Origin: Geopsychrobacteraceae bacterium
GTDB taxonomy: Bacteria; Desulfobacterota; Desulfuromonadia; Desulfuromonadales; Geopsychrobacteraceae
NCBI GenBank assembly: GCA_963676795.2
Contig: CAXXTB010000001.1
Span: forward strand, 928,001-992,000
Direction of reading: 5' to 3'
DNA: 64,000 bases
Position 1 is the stretch's first letter. Every line of letters begins with the position of its first letter. A program made the translations under genes and the position numbers. Positions 42,718 to 51,650 of the stretch are shown here, one piece after another. The notes beneath the pieces were generated by a model, which worked only from the letters and a program-made list of their open reading frames with translations, had not been told where the DNA came from and did not search any database.

Positions 42718-43017
42718 ATGAAAAAGTTGAACCAGAACATCTGCCTGCTGCTGGCGGCTGGGGTCTGCATTGCGTCGCTGGTTTTCACCGGCTGCAACAA
42801 TTCCCCGAAGACGGCAGAGGCCCCGGCGCAGGAAGCAGAACAGCCTGTTGCTGAAACCGCCGAACTGGTCGGAAAAACTGCTGATATGGCCGTAGAGGCC
42901 GGTCAGGAGATTGTTCAGGCCGCAGAAGAGCTGAGCGAGGCAGGAACCGTTGTTGTCGATGAAACGGCGGCTGATCTGAATGAGGTGGTGACCGCTGCCA
43001 AAGAGAAGGCAGAATAA
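42718..43017 (+). CDS. Acidic Ala/Glu-rich lipoprotein
   Basis: Lipobox FTGC; AAGGAG RBS; downstream terminator. Confidence 0.75.
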   Translation: MKKLNQNICLLLAAGVCIASLVFTGCNNSPKTAEAPAQEAEQPVAETAELVGKTADMAVEAGQEIVQAAEELSEAGTVVVDETAADLNEVVTAAKEKAE

Positions 43018-43092
43018 CCTGAGCTGAATCAAACCAGGGTCCTGATGATTCAAAAGGAATCTTAAGGGCCGGCGCTGCAAAAAATTCGAATG

Positions 43093-43127
43093 ATCCCCCG
43101 TCGCTGGCGACGGGGGATTTTTATTTT
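43093..43127 (+). terminator. Intrinsic terminator
   Basis: atcccccgtcgc-tg-gcgacgggggat followed by a T run. Confidence 0.8.
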
Positions 43128-43252
43128 CAGGGGATCTCGGCTGCTGAAGAGATTTCCCTGTCGGTAGGATAGGTTTGGATTGATTTGTGGGATTAGCTAT
43201 GTATAATGTTTTCTTATTATTTCAATGATGTCATGCAGATAAGGGGTGGACT

Positions 43253-43975
43253 GTGGCAGTGGGCGAGAAGAAGATAAAGGTACGGGTGGATATGAAGAAG
43301 AACCGTCTGTATTGCTCCTGGCATGGCAACATCTCGAAAGATGACATCAACAGCTATTTCACCGAGGTCCGTTTTTCGGTCGCCGACCTCAAGCCCGACT
43401 TTTCAGTTATTCTCGATCTCAGGGAGTGTCGTTACAGTTCTCTCGATGCCATTTCCATTGTCAAAAAGGTTATGCAGTATCTCGTGACCAAAGGGGTCAA
43501 GGACGTCGTCAGGGTGGTCAGCGACAAGCATCTGTCGCGTACCCAGTTTATGAACATGGCACTGCGTGCCCAGGGTTACCAAGCTGTCTATGTCAATACC
43601 CTGGAAGAGGCTGATGGCTTTATTGACAATGCCGCAACGCGCCATTATATCCGTCTGAAACTGCAGAAGAAATTTGTCGAATATGTGGACAAAGGAACCC
43701 CTGGATTTGGAACCCTGCAGGATGTTTCTGTCGGGGGTTGCGCTGTCTGTACCACCAAGGATCTGCCTGCCGTGGGTTCGGAGCTGCTGATCAGGTTTGC
43801 CCTCGTTGACAAGAAGCTGCAGACGTGCAGTTTTGAATTCGAGGGGAAGGTTGCCCGTCATTTCGAAGCTGGTTTCGGGGTGGAGTTCGTCCAACTGCTC
43901 TCAGCGGAGCGGCAGAAGCTGCTCGAATGCATGGGACAGGAAACGGTTGTCGAGGTCAAAACAGATCACTCCTGA
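43253..43975 (+). CDS. PilZ-domain protein with STAS/SpoIIAA-like N-terminus
   Basis: RHYIR (RxxxR) and DVSVGG (DxSxxG) motifs, GFGVEF. Confidence 0.8.
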   Translation: MAVGEKKIKVRVDMKKNRLYCSWHGNISKDDINSYFTEVRFSVADLKPDFSVILDLRECRYSSLDAISIVKKVMQYLVTKGVKDVVRVVSDKHLSRTQFMNMALRAQGYQAVYVNTLEEADGFIDNAATRHYIRLKLQKKFVEYVDKGTPGFGTLQDVSVGGCAVCTTKDLPAVGSELLIRFALVDKKLQTCSFEFEGKVARHFEAGFGVEFVQLLSAERQKLLECMGQETVVEVKTDHS

Positions 43976-44104
43976 ATTCCCGCATTTTGCTCTGTTTGGG
44001 ACCTCTTTCTAAACGAAACCGGAACGGATGAATATCGAGCGGCAGGGTTGCCAGGAGGCGGAAACAGAAAAGGGTTAACGATTTCTCGCTAACCCTCTGA
44101 TTAT

Positions 44105-44152
44105 TATGGAGCCGCTAGTCGGATTTGAACCGATGACCTACTGATTACGAAT
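44105..44152 (-). repeat. att site: displaced 3' part of tRNA-Thr
   Basis: 48 bp identical to 52128-52175; identity stops just past the anticodon loop. Confidence 0.95.
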
Positions 44153-44296
44153 TATATTTCTAGCAATTCCCTCGACTTCCCTAAACGTCAAATGTTGCAT
44201 TGAAATTCAGTTACTTAGATGCTATTATTGTTCCCGTAGTTTCCTCTTTAAACACTCAGGTTCATGTAAAAAACTGGGACAGAACTGGGACTGGAA

Positions 44297-45520
44297 ATGG
44301 GGCAAGCAAAAGACGGCAAATCGACGGCATGGAATTCGACCAACTTCAAAGGCGTGCGTTATCGCAAACACGCAACCCGTAAACATGGGGTCAAATTCGA
44401 TCAGTATTTTTCGATTCGGTTTCAGGTTGACGGAAAGCCGATTGAGCAGGGGGTGGGTTGGGCTTCTGAGGGTATGAGCGCTGCTAAGGCCTATGACTTG
44501 CTAAACGAACTGAAAGAGGCTGCAAAAACAGGTAGTGCTCCAGCGACATTAAAAGAACGTCGCCGTCAGAATGCTTTAGTTGAAGACCAGAATCCTTGCT
44601 TTGCTACCGCAGTAGATGATTTTTTGAAGTATTGCGAGCGCAAAAAGTTGAGACCCAAGACTTTGCTTTGCTACCGCGATTCTTTGGCCAGAGCGAAAGA
44701 GTTTGTTCCCGCCAAAGGTACGGGTAAGCTTGAAAACTGGAAGCTTAAAGAAATCAATCGTCGTCATCTGGCGTCATTGGTCGAGAGCATATCGTCTAAA
44801 TCCCCTTCTGTGGCCATTCAGGTTCGTTCCTCGTTGTCAGCCCTGTATTCATGGGCTGTTCAGCCGCCGCGAGAGTATGTTGAAACGAACATTGTCAGAG
44901 ACACCCCCAGACCGCCAAAGCCAAAACCACGCGAACGCTATTTGACTGGCTCTGAAGCTGGTGCTTTGTGGCAAAAGCTTCAGGCTGCTGAGGGTGATTC
45001 ATCGATGATCCGCTGCTTGCAGTTCGCATTGTTGGTCGGTTGTCGTATATCGGAAGCCAGCGGTATGGCCGCAAACGAAGTTGATGACGATTGGTGGACG
45101 ATTCCGGCTGAGCGCAACAAGGGGAAGCGGGCGCATCGTGTATTCTTGACGGAAACAGCTAAGGCGCTGATAGGTGAAAAGAAAGGCATGATTTTCCCCA
45201 GCGAGAGGACTAGAAGGCAGTTTGATACGGCGTCCTTCGCGGCATGGCTGAGAAAAAACAAGCATTTCGACTTGGAAAAGTTCAGTTGCCACGATTTCCG
45301 GCGCACGCTCGCCAGCGGCCTTGCTAGTCTCAAGGTCTCACAAGATGTTGTCGCTGCAGTTCTCGGCCACAAGTTGCAAGGCGTCACCGCTGAGCATTAC
45401 ATAAGGCATAAGTACGATGACGAAAAGCAAACCGCGTTGAAATGCTGGGAAGCGTACCTGTTGAAATGCGCTCAGCCTGAAAAGCGACAGGCCGATGTTA
45501 TTCCTTTGATTTCCGCCTGA
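44297..45520 (+). CDS. Tyrosine recombinase (integrase)
   Basis: GCRISE (R), HDFRR (HxxR), LGH and HY catalytic residues; next to att. Confidence 0.95.
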   Translation: MGQAKDGKSTAWNSTNFKGVRYRKHATRKHGVKFDQYFSIRFQVDGKPIEQGVGWASEGMSAAKAYDLLNELKEAAKTGSAPATLKERRRQNALVEDQNPCFATAVDDFLKYCERKKLRPKTLLCYRDSLARAKEFVPAKGTGKLENWKLKEINRRHLASLVESISSKSPSVAIQVRSSLSALYSWAVQPPREYVETNIVRDTPRPPKPKPRERYLTGSEAGALWQKLQAAEGDSSMIRCLQFALLVGCRISEASGMAANEVDDDWWTIPAERNKGKRAHRVFLTETAKALIGEKKGMIFPSERTRRQFDTASFAAWLRKNKHFDLEKFSCHDFRRTLASGLASLKVSQDVVAAVLGHKLQGVTAEHYIRHKYDDEKQTALKCWEAYLLKCAQPEKRQADVIPLISA

Positions 45521-45549
45521 ACAACCACAAAACCAGAAAGGAGCTAGTA

Positions 45550-45702
45550 ATGGACATTGATAACATGTCACAAGACGAATTAAAGAATGAACTGTTGAAA
45601 GCTTTTGAATCCATGCCGCGAGACGTTCAAGAGCAAGAATTGATCAAGATGCAAAAGCGAGCTGAAAGGGTTCAGTTTCTTTCGTATGTCATGAATCAAT
45701 AG
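45550..45702 (+). CDS. 50-aa hypothetical protein, not in ORF track
   Basis: AAAGGAG RBS; MDIDNMSQDELKNELLKAFESMPRDVQEQELIKMQKRAERVQFLSYVMNQ*. Confidence 0.6.
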   Translation: MDIDNMSQDELKNELLKAFESMPRDVQEQELIKMQKRAERVQFLSYVMNQ

Positions 45703-46046
45703 CGGTTTTTTTTGTCAGATTAGGCTGGTCAGATAAGGCGGCATGCCCTAGTCCCCCGTCCCCACTAGATTTTTCTTTCATTTGTGACTTATTCTGTCGT
45801 TTAGCTGGGTACTCTGGAGTATGTCTATTGAAAATAGTTGTAAGGTTTTATCTCTTGATTGTGTGGGTTGTTCATTTAGAATGCTACCTAAGGCCAGATG
45901 AATGACAAAAGGGTCGCATTCGTAATTATATTTGGGTGTGATTCCTCGTCCGCTTAGGGCGAGCGTTGACTGAAGGCGGTTCGAACACTGCGTAGTTAAT
46001 ACTCCGCCCTTGCGGCAGAGTGCTTTATTTTAAAGGAAAGAGTTTT

Positions 46047-47006
46047 ATGAAGGGGTTTTCTAGCGTTGAAATTTGTGCAGGGGCAGGAGGTCAGGCTATC
46101 GGTCTGGAAAATGCTGGTTTTGAGCACGAGGCTTTGGTTGAGATAGAGACTCCATGTTGCAATACTCTACGACATAATAGGTCTTTTTGGAATGTCATTG
46201 AAGATGATGTTAGGAACTTTGATGGCACGAAGTTTCGTGGTGTTGATTTGCTGGCTGGAGGAGTTCCTTGTCCCCCATTTTCAAGAGCCGGTAAGCAATT
46301 GGGAAAAGATGATGAGCGGGACCTTTTTCCTGAAGCATTAAGATTGGTCGATGAATGCCGACCGCGTGCGGTCATGTTGGAAAATGTACGTGGCTTTCTT
46401 GATGCTGTTTTCGAAGATTATAGATGTAAATTAAAGAGGTCTCTTGAGAAAATGGGATATGTGGCAGATTGGCGGTTGTTAAATGCCTCAGATTTTGGTG
46501 TTTCGCAGTTGAGACCTCGGGTTGTTATAGTTGCTCTTAGGAAAGAAATTTCAGAACATTTTTCATGGCCCACTTCGCATGGACATAATCCACCTTCCGT
46601 TGGGGAGTTGCTTTATCCTTATATGGCAGAGCTTGGGTGGCGTGGTGCCAAGAAATGGGCAATGTGTGCAGATGATATTGCTCCTACGATAGTAGGAGGG
46701 TCTAAGAAGCATGGCGGACCTGATCTTGGCCCAACAAGGGCAAAAAAGGCGTGGGCTGCGTTGGGCGTTGATGGTAAGGGGCTTGTTGATAGTCCACCGG
46801 ACAGAGATTTTGTGGGCATGCCGCGTTTGACTGTCCCGATGGTGGCGAAGATTCAAGGTTTTCCTGATGATTGGCACTTTACTGGAAGAAAGACCCCTGC
46901 TTATCGTCAGGTTGGGAATGCTTTTCCGCCTCCAGTGGCAGAGGCTGTTGCTGTTGAAATTAAGAAGTGTATAGTTGCTTCAAGGGCGCTTTCTTTGGTT
47001 GGTTAA
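46047..47006 (+). CDS. C5 cytosine DNA methyltransferase, M.NgoMIV/M.NaeI-like (probably GCCGGC)
   Basis: CAGAGG, GVPCPPFS, ENV, QLRPR, YRQVGNA; target-recognition segment APTIVGGSKKHGGPDLGPTR as recalled for M.NgoMIV. Confidence 0.92.
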   Translation: MKGFSSVEICAGAGGQAIGLENAGFEHEALVEIETPCCNTLRHNRSFWNVIEDDVRNFDGTKFRGVDLLAGGVPCPPFSRAGKQLGKDDERDLFPEALRLVDECRPRAVMLENVRGFLDAVFEDYRCKLKRSLEKMGYVADWRLLNASDFGVSQLRPRVVIVALRKEISEHFSWPTSHGHNPPSVGELLYPYMAELGWRGAKKWAMCADDIAPTIVGGSKKHGGPDLGPTRAKKAWAALGVDGKGLVDSPPDRDFVGMPRLTVPMVAKIQGFPDDWHFTGRKTPAYRQVGNAFPPPVAEAVAVEIKKCIVASRALSLVG

Positions 47007-47019
47007 AACGGAGGGGGTT

Positions 47020-47604
47020 GTGGAAAGAAAAGGTGCTAGATCTAAGCTTCGGGATCATTTTCTTAGTAATTTGGGACGAGTGATGAACTCTGAAGAATTA
47101 CGGGATGTGGCTGGCGGTATTACTGAATGGGCTAGACGTGTTCGTGAGTTGCGGACGGAGGAAGGGTATCAGATTCAAACCCATAATGACCGTAGTGATT
47201 TAAAGCCTGGACAATACGTGCTTGAGAATCCTAAGCCTCAGCCTGCATTTGAAAGGGCTATCTCTAAAGAAACTAGAGCCTTTGTTTTGGATCGTAATGG
47301 TTTTACTTGTCAAATGTGTGGAGCTGTAGCTGGGGAACCTCATCCTTATGATGCAACAAGAAGGACTCGGTTACATATTGGTCATATTATTGATAAGTCT
47401 CAAGGCGGGACCGATGATCCTTCAAACCTCAGGGCTTTGTGTTCTGTCTGTAATGAAGGCGCTTCAAATTTAACGTTAGAACGACCTTCTGCTCAAAAAT
47501 TATTGATTCAAATACGAAGGGCTAGAGGAGGGGATCAGCTTGAGGTTTTGAAGTGGTTGATAAAGAAATACCCCAAACAAAGTAAAGATTCTCTCGATAA
47601 TTAA
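47020..47604 (+). CDS. HNH restriction endonuclease, KpnI-like architecture
   Basis: FLSNLGRV...WARRVRELRTEEGY N-terminal domain; CQMC...HIGH...GG...NLRALCSVCN HNH/Zn domain; GGAGG RBS with GTG start. Confidence 0.8.
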   Translation: MERKGARSKLRDHFLSNLGRVMNSEELRDVAGGITEWARRVRELRTEEGYQIQTHNDRSDLKPGQYVLENPKPQPAFERAISKETRAFVLDRNGFTCQMCGAVAGEPHPYDATRRTRLHIGHIIDKSQGGTDDPSNLRALCSVCNEGASNLTLERPSAQKLLIQIRRARGGDQLEVLKWLIKKYPKQSKDSLDN

Positions 47605-47659
47605 TAAGCCGGTATATGTTATGTCTAACTATTGATTGTTTCTTGGAGGCTTGGGTTTC

Positions 47660-48628
47660 TTGAAGTTTGGATTTTCGGGTAATTCAACTTTATTTAGTAC
47701 GATTGGCGCTGCGATAGGTAAGGCGTTTTATATTCTTAGTGCCAGTGTTGGAACTATATTGTTAACATTGGGCGGCGCTTATGCTGGTGGTTTTGAGTGG
47801 GAAACAGAGTGGGGCTGTGTTTCTGGATTTTGGCCCTGTTCTAATTTGATAGTGTTTAACCCGTTCACGTACTTAATTTTAGGCGCATCGTTTCTGTTGT
47901 TTGGTGGTATCGGCACGTATCGGGATCAAAGGTATCAGCAAGATAGAATAGATACTCTTGAGAAAAATAATGCTGAGCTCGATTCATTAAAGAGGATGTT
48001 GAATTCTTCTCAAGAAGATATTCAGCTTCAGAAGGCCAAGATGCTTGAGCTGAACTTTGATTTAGTCATTACATGGATGAAAGGCGCTTTTAAGGCTTTA
48101 GATCTAACTAGTAACGATAGAATAACAATCTATTATGAATATGACGGTGTGTTTTCTTTGTTGGCGAGATATTCAAGTAATCCAACGTATAAGGTGATTC
48201 ATAGACAAAAATTTCCTTTAAATCAGGGTGTTATTAGTAGGGCATGGCAACATGGTTCATATATTGAGAGAGGTTGCCCGTCTTGGGAACAGCCTGATGA
48301 ATATAAAAGGTTCATGGTAGATACGTATGGGTACGAGGTTGATAAAATTGATCTGCTGACAATGAAAAGTTGTCGATATTTAGCAAAGGCAATAGTTGAT
48401 GCGGATGACCATATCGGTGTAATTGTTTTTGAAAGTTCTGACTCTGCCTTTTTTGATGTTGAAAATCGAGAAGAGCAAATTCTTGCTTATTGTGAGGGTT
48501 CTCAGGGGCAGTTGTCGAAGTTTGTTAGAGATGGTCTTAGTTTGGATACGGAAATCGGGGTGAGGCGAGAAGGTAAGGCTGTGTCTGTCGAATCTGATAT
48601 TTTGGAAACTGTTGGAGGCACTTTATGA
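47660..48628 (+). CDS. Membrane protein: 2 TM + coiled coil + GAF-like domain (putative toxin/effector)
   Basis: Two hydrophobic helices and a heptad region, then FPLNQGVISRAWQHG...IGVIVFES GAF-like pattern; TTG start after GGAGG. Confidence 0.7.
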   Translation: MKFGFSGNSTLFSTIGAAIGKAFYILSASVGTILLTLGGAYAGGFEWETEWGCVSGFWPCSNLIVFNPFTYLILGASFLLFGGIGTYRDQRYQQDRIDTLEKNNAELDSLKRMLNSSQEDIQLQKAKMLELNFDLVITWMKGAFKALDLTSNDRITIYYEYDGVFSLLARYSSNPTYKVIHRQKFPLNQGVISRAWQHGSYIERGCPSWEQPDEYKRFMVDTYGYEVDKIDLLTMKSCRYLAKAIVDADDHIGVIVFESSDSAFFDVENREEQILAYCEGSQGQLSKFVRDGLSLDTEIGVRREGKAVSVESDILETVGGTL

Positions 48629-49101
48629 GCAAGTTACAGCAAATAGTCGCCTATTACTGTTTAAAATATCCATATAAGGATGAATTGTCCAAAGCAAGGT
48701 TGACCAAGTTGGTTTATCTCGCGGATTGGTTTTCTGCATTGTTAGATGGGGCTCAATTAACACGGATAAATTGGGTATTCAATCATTATGGCCCTTATGT
48801 TGACGATGTTATTGACTCAGTCAAGAGCTCACCGTTATTTTCAGTTGTATCTTCTAGAACAATTTATGGTTCTCAGAAATATTTGATTTCATGTAATGCA
48901 AGCTTTGATGAAATTACTCTTTCTAAGCGGGAGAGAGAGATTCTTGATGCTGTTATAAACAAAACTCAAAGCCTTTATTTTAACGATTTTGTGGACTATG
49001 TCTATTCAACATATCCGGTAAAGACAAATGAACGTTATTCTGAGTTTGACCTAGTCCGTTTGGCTAAAAAATATAAAGAAGAGCAAGCAACTGTAAGATA
49101 G
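48625..49101 (+). CDS. Panacea (SocA/DUF4065) domain antitoxin
   Basis: RLTKLVYLADW...W...HYGPY signature; ATGA overlap with the upstream gene. Confidence 0.85.
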   Translation: MSKLQQIVAYYCLKYPYKDELSKARLTKLVYLADWFSALLDGAQLTRINWVFNHYGPYVDDVIDSVKSSPLFSVVSSRTIYGSQKYLISCNASFDEITLSKREREILDAVINKTQSLYFNDFVDYVYSTYPVKTNERYSEFDLVRLAKKYKEEQATVR

Positions 49102-49182
49102 TTTTTCCACAAAGGACATCAGTAAATGATGCCCTTTGTCGTTCCATTGTGAGTTTTTGTCCTTCCATAATTTGAGGGGTCT

Positions 49183-50541
49183 TTATATAGAGGGCTCAAT
49201 ATCAGAAGATTCAAACCTGTTGAACTCACCTAACCAGTTAGCCTTGACCGTTCCGGTTGGCCCGTTGCGCTGTTTTCCAATTATGATTTCAGCCATCCTG
49301 TAATGCCCCTTGCCGCAGTCTCTCCCCTTTTTCTTGCAATCTTCGCAATAGACAGCCTCACGCCACGGAAAAAGAATCAAGTCGGCGTCTTGCTCAAGGC
49401 TTCCCGATTCGCGCAAATCGCTGGGTTTTGGTCGCCTTGGTGTACCGTTAGCTTCAATGTCTCTGTTTAGCTGTGCGAGAACGATAATCGGAATATTCAT
49501 TTCTTTCGCCAGAGCCTTCAGGGAGCGGGAAATTTCAGCAACTTCACGTTCCCTTATCTGTTCTCTTTTTGTTGGTCTGATGAGCTGCAGGTAATCGATA
49601 ACGATTAGGTCTAATGTGCCTTTGCGTTTGGCTTGCCTAGCTGTTGACCGAACGTCCAAAGCCGTTATGTCTGACCGATCATCTATAGTCAGTGACAGGC
49701 AGTTGATATGACCTGCAGCAATCGTCAGCTTGCTCCAATCAGGCTCTTTGAACTGGCCGCTTCGAAATCTGTTAGCGTCAACTTTTGCCATGCTTGCCAA
49801 TAACCTGTTGAGTAACAGTTCCTTGCTCATTTCCAGCGAAAAAAACAGAACTTCTTTACCTGTTAAGGCCGCATTTTCAGCAATATTCAGAGCAAGTGCC
49901 GTTTTACCCATTGATGGACGGCCAGCAATGATAATCAGGTCACCCCCTTGAAAGCCGCACGTCATTTCGTCAAGATCGGGAAAGCCGGATAATAATCCGC
50001 TGGGGGTGCCGCCATTGCTGTACAGTTCTTCAAGTTCTTTGAATTTTGCCCCCATAAGGTCTGAAATCCGAACCAGCTTGCCACTTGTACCCGTCTCTCT
50101 TTGCCCCATAAGCCACGTTTCTGCTCTATCAAGAGCCATGGCTGGGGATGCTGAATTGATCGCCTCAGATGCTATTTTTCTGCCGACCTGACACAGGTCA
50201 CGCCTCTTGGTGCAATCACGAACAAGATTGATATAAAAATTAACGTTTCCTGCTGTCGGGACTTCAGCGGCTAGCCCTGCTAAGTACGCTCTGCCCCCAA
50301 TGTTAGAGAGTTGCCCTTGCTTTTCAATTTCCGCGGCAAGGGTTACGGGGTCTATTGGTTCATTTCTTGCGCTGAGGGTCTGTATTGCTGACCAGACAGC
50401 GCGATGATTTTTATTGGTGAAGTCGTTTACCGTAAGCCTGCTTGACGCCTGAATGGCTGCATCAGTATCAAGTAGGCAGGCTCCGATGACTGATATTTCA
50501 GCATCGATATTTTTAAGAGTGTCAGTGTTGTTCAAGGCCAT
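49183..50541 (-). CDS. DnaB-like replicative helicase (element-encoded)
   Basis: AGRPSMGKT, FSLEM, IDYLQL, AQLNR, DLRESGSLEQDAD, KQRNGPTG. Confidence 0.93.
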   Translation of the reverse strand: MALNNTDTLKNIDAEISVIGACLLDTDAAIQASSRLTVNDFTNKNHRAVWSAIQTLSARNEPIDPVTLAAEIEKQGQLSNIGGRAYLAGLAAEVPTAGNVNFYINLVRDCTKRRDLCQVGRKIASEAINSASPAMALDRAETWLMGQRETGTSGKLVRISDLMGAKFKELEELYSNGGTPSGLLSGFPDLDEMTCGFQGGDLIIIAGRPSMGKTALALNIAENAALTGKEVLFFSLEMSKELLLNRLLASMAKVDANRFRSGQFKEPDWSKLTIAAGHINCLSLTIDDRSDITALDVRSTARQAKRKGTLDLIVIDYLQLIRPTKREQIREREVAEISRSLKALAKEMNIPIIVLAQLNRDIEANGTPRRPKPSDLRESGSLEQDADLILFPWREAVYCEDCKKKGRDCGKGHYRMAEIIIGKQRNGPTGTVKANWLGEFNRFESSDIEPSI

Positions 50542-51274
50542 ATTTTTTTTCCAATAGTTTGAGTTCTTCAACTCGCCGTTTTCGCTCTTCGCGCTCTTCG
50601 TTGGTTTCAACGTCATTTGCTGCTGGGGGTGACTCTTCATCTTCCCAGCGTCGATCGTTTAGCCATGTTGACGGCATCGGGATAAACTGACCGTTGTTCT
50701 TCTGCCACTGCTCGGAAAGCTTCTGGGCTTCCAATGCTTCCAAGATGACCGACTCCAGAGATTCATCAGGGTTGATTTTCTGCCAAGCCTTCTGGGCTTG
50801 CTGTTTGCCCTGTTTCTTCGGATATGCCTGCCAAAACCGGTCGAAATTTGAACAAATAGATTTAGGTTTAGGTTCTAGGTTCTTAGTAGTGCTTCGCGAT
50901 CTGTCCGTTATCTGTCCGTTTTTATCGGCTGGTCTGCTCGTTTTGTAAGCTAACCCATTGGAATCAATAATCCTTATCTGTTCGTTATTGCTGGCCGATC
51001 TGTCCGTTATCTGTATCATGATCTGTCCGCGCTGATTTTGCTTTCCAGATGTGTTAGACGGATACTGAATTGACACTCCAATTTTCTCGAGAAAACGGCC
51101 AACCTTGCCACGAGACCACCGCCACAGCGAGGAATAGCCTTGGACTGTGACTTCAGCGCCATTGTCATAATCAAGCTGAACACTCATCAACGCTTCAAGC
51201 TCTGTAAATGCACGATTTGTCGGCAAATAACGGCACGCGCTTTTGTCAACAGGAATCCACCTGCCGCGCTGCAT
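50522..51274 (-). CDS. Phage-type replication initiator (lambda-O/DnaD-like organisation)
   Basis: N-terminal HTH-like region, repetitive linker (QITDRS), C-terminal FDRFWQAYPKKQGK...FIPMPSTWLNDRRWEDE. Confidence 0.8.
   Translation of the reverse strand: MQRGRWIPVDKSACRYLPTNRAFTELEALMSVQLDYDNGAEVTVQGYSSLWRWSRGKVGRFLEKIGVSIQYPSNTSGKQNQRGQIMIQITDRSASNNEQIRIIDSNGLAYKTSRPADKNGQITDRSRSTTKNLEPKPKSICSNFDRFWQAYPKKQGKQQAQKAWQKINPDESLESVILEALEAQKLSEQWQKNNGQFIPMPSTWLNDRRWEDEESPPAANDVETNEEREERKRRVEELKLLEKKYGLEQH
50899..51031. repeat. Iteron array (putative replication origin)
   Basis: ATCTGTCCGTT-type 11-mers at 50899, 50910, 50932, 50976, 50998, 51009, 51021. Confidence 0.75.
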
Positions 51275-51276
51275 GA

Positions 51277-51423
51277 TTAAGCCCTCAGCTTCAGCCGTTC
51301 TTCAGCTTCATGCAGTGCTAGTTCGGCAGCCATTCGTCGTATTTTTTCGGCTCTCCATTTCCGTTCGGTTTCATTTTGAGCGGTCTCAAGCCGTCGGCAA
51401 TTTTCACATTTTGACAGGCTCAT
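51277..51423 (-). CDS. 48-aa hypothetical protein (CxxC + helix), not in ORF track
   Basis: MSLSKCENCRRLETAQNETERKWRAEKIRRMAAELALHEAEERLKLRA*; fills the gap exactly, with an ATGA overlap on the AlpA-like gene. Confidence 0.65.
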   Translation of the reverse strand: MSLSKCENCRRLETAQNETERKWRAEKIRRMAAELALHEAEERLKLRA

Positions 51424-51650
51424 TCTTTACCCCCGTTGCTGCGGTTGCGGAGCCAATCGGCAAGGCTTTCGGCGTCCCACGCCCGTTTATTGCCGATCTT
51501 TATAGATTCAGGGACAGGCTCCCCGAGTGATGCAAGGTTCTGTAGGTATTTGCCGGATATTGTGCCGCCCGAAAACTCAATAACTTTGGAGTTTGCGACA
51601 ATTGATGACGGCCAATTATCGACCATCCGAGAGAAGCAATCTTTTGACAT
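51420..51650 (-). CDS. AlpA/excisionase-like DNA-binding protein
   Basis: 76 aa; P..IKIG.KRAW....LADWL wing/helix pattern; AGGAG RBS. Confidence 0.7.
   Translation of the reverse strand: MSKDCFSRMVDNWPSSIVANSKVIEFSGGTISGKYLQNLASLGEPVPESIKIGNKRAWDAESLADWLRNRSNGGKE

Noticed and set aside
44105..44152. Second tRNA gene
   Set aside because: Only the 3' part is present (no D arm or 5' acceptor strand); it is the att duplication.
49183..50541. Host dnaB
   Set aside because: Lies within the att-bounded AT-rich island and is coupled to a phage-type initiator.
50899..51031. Short repeats as a possible CRISPR array
   Set aside because: 11-bp units inside a coding gene, no unique spacers, no cas genes; better explained as iterons.
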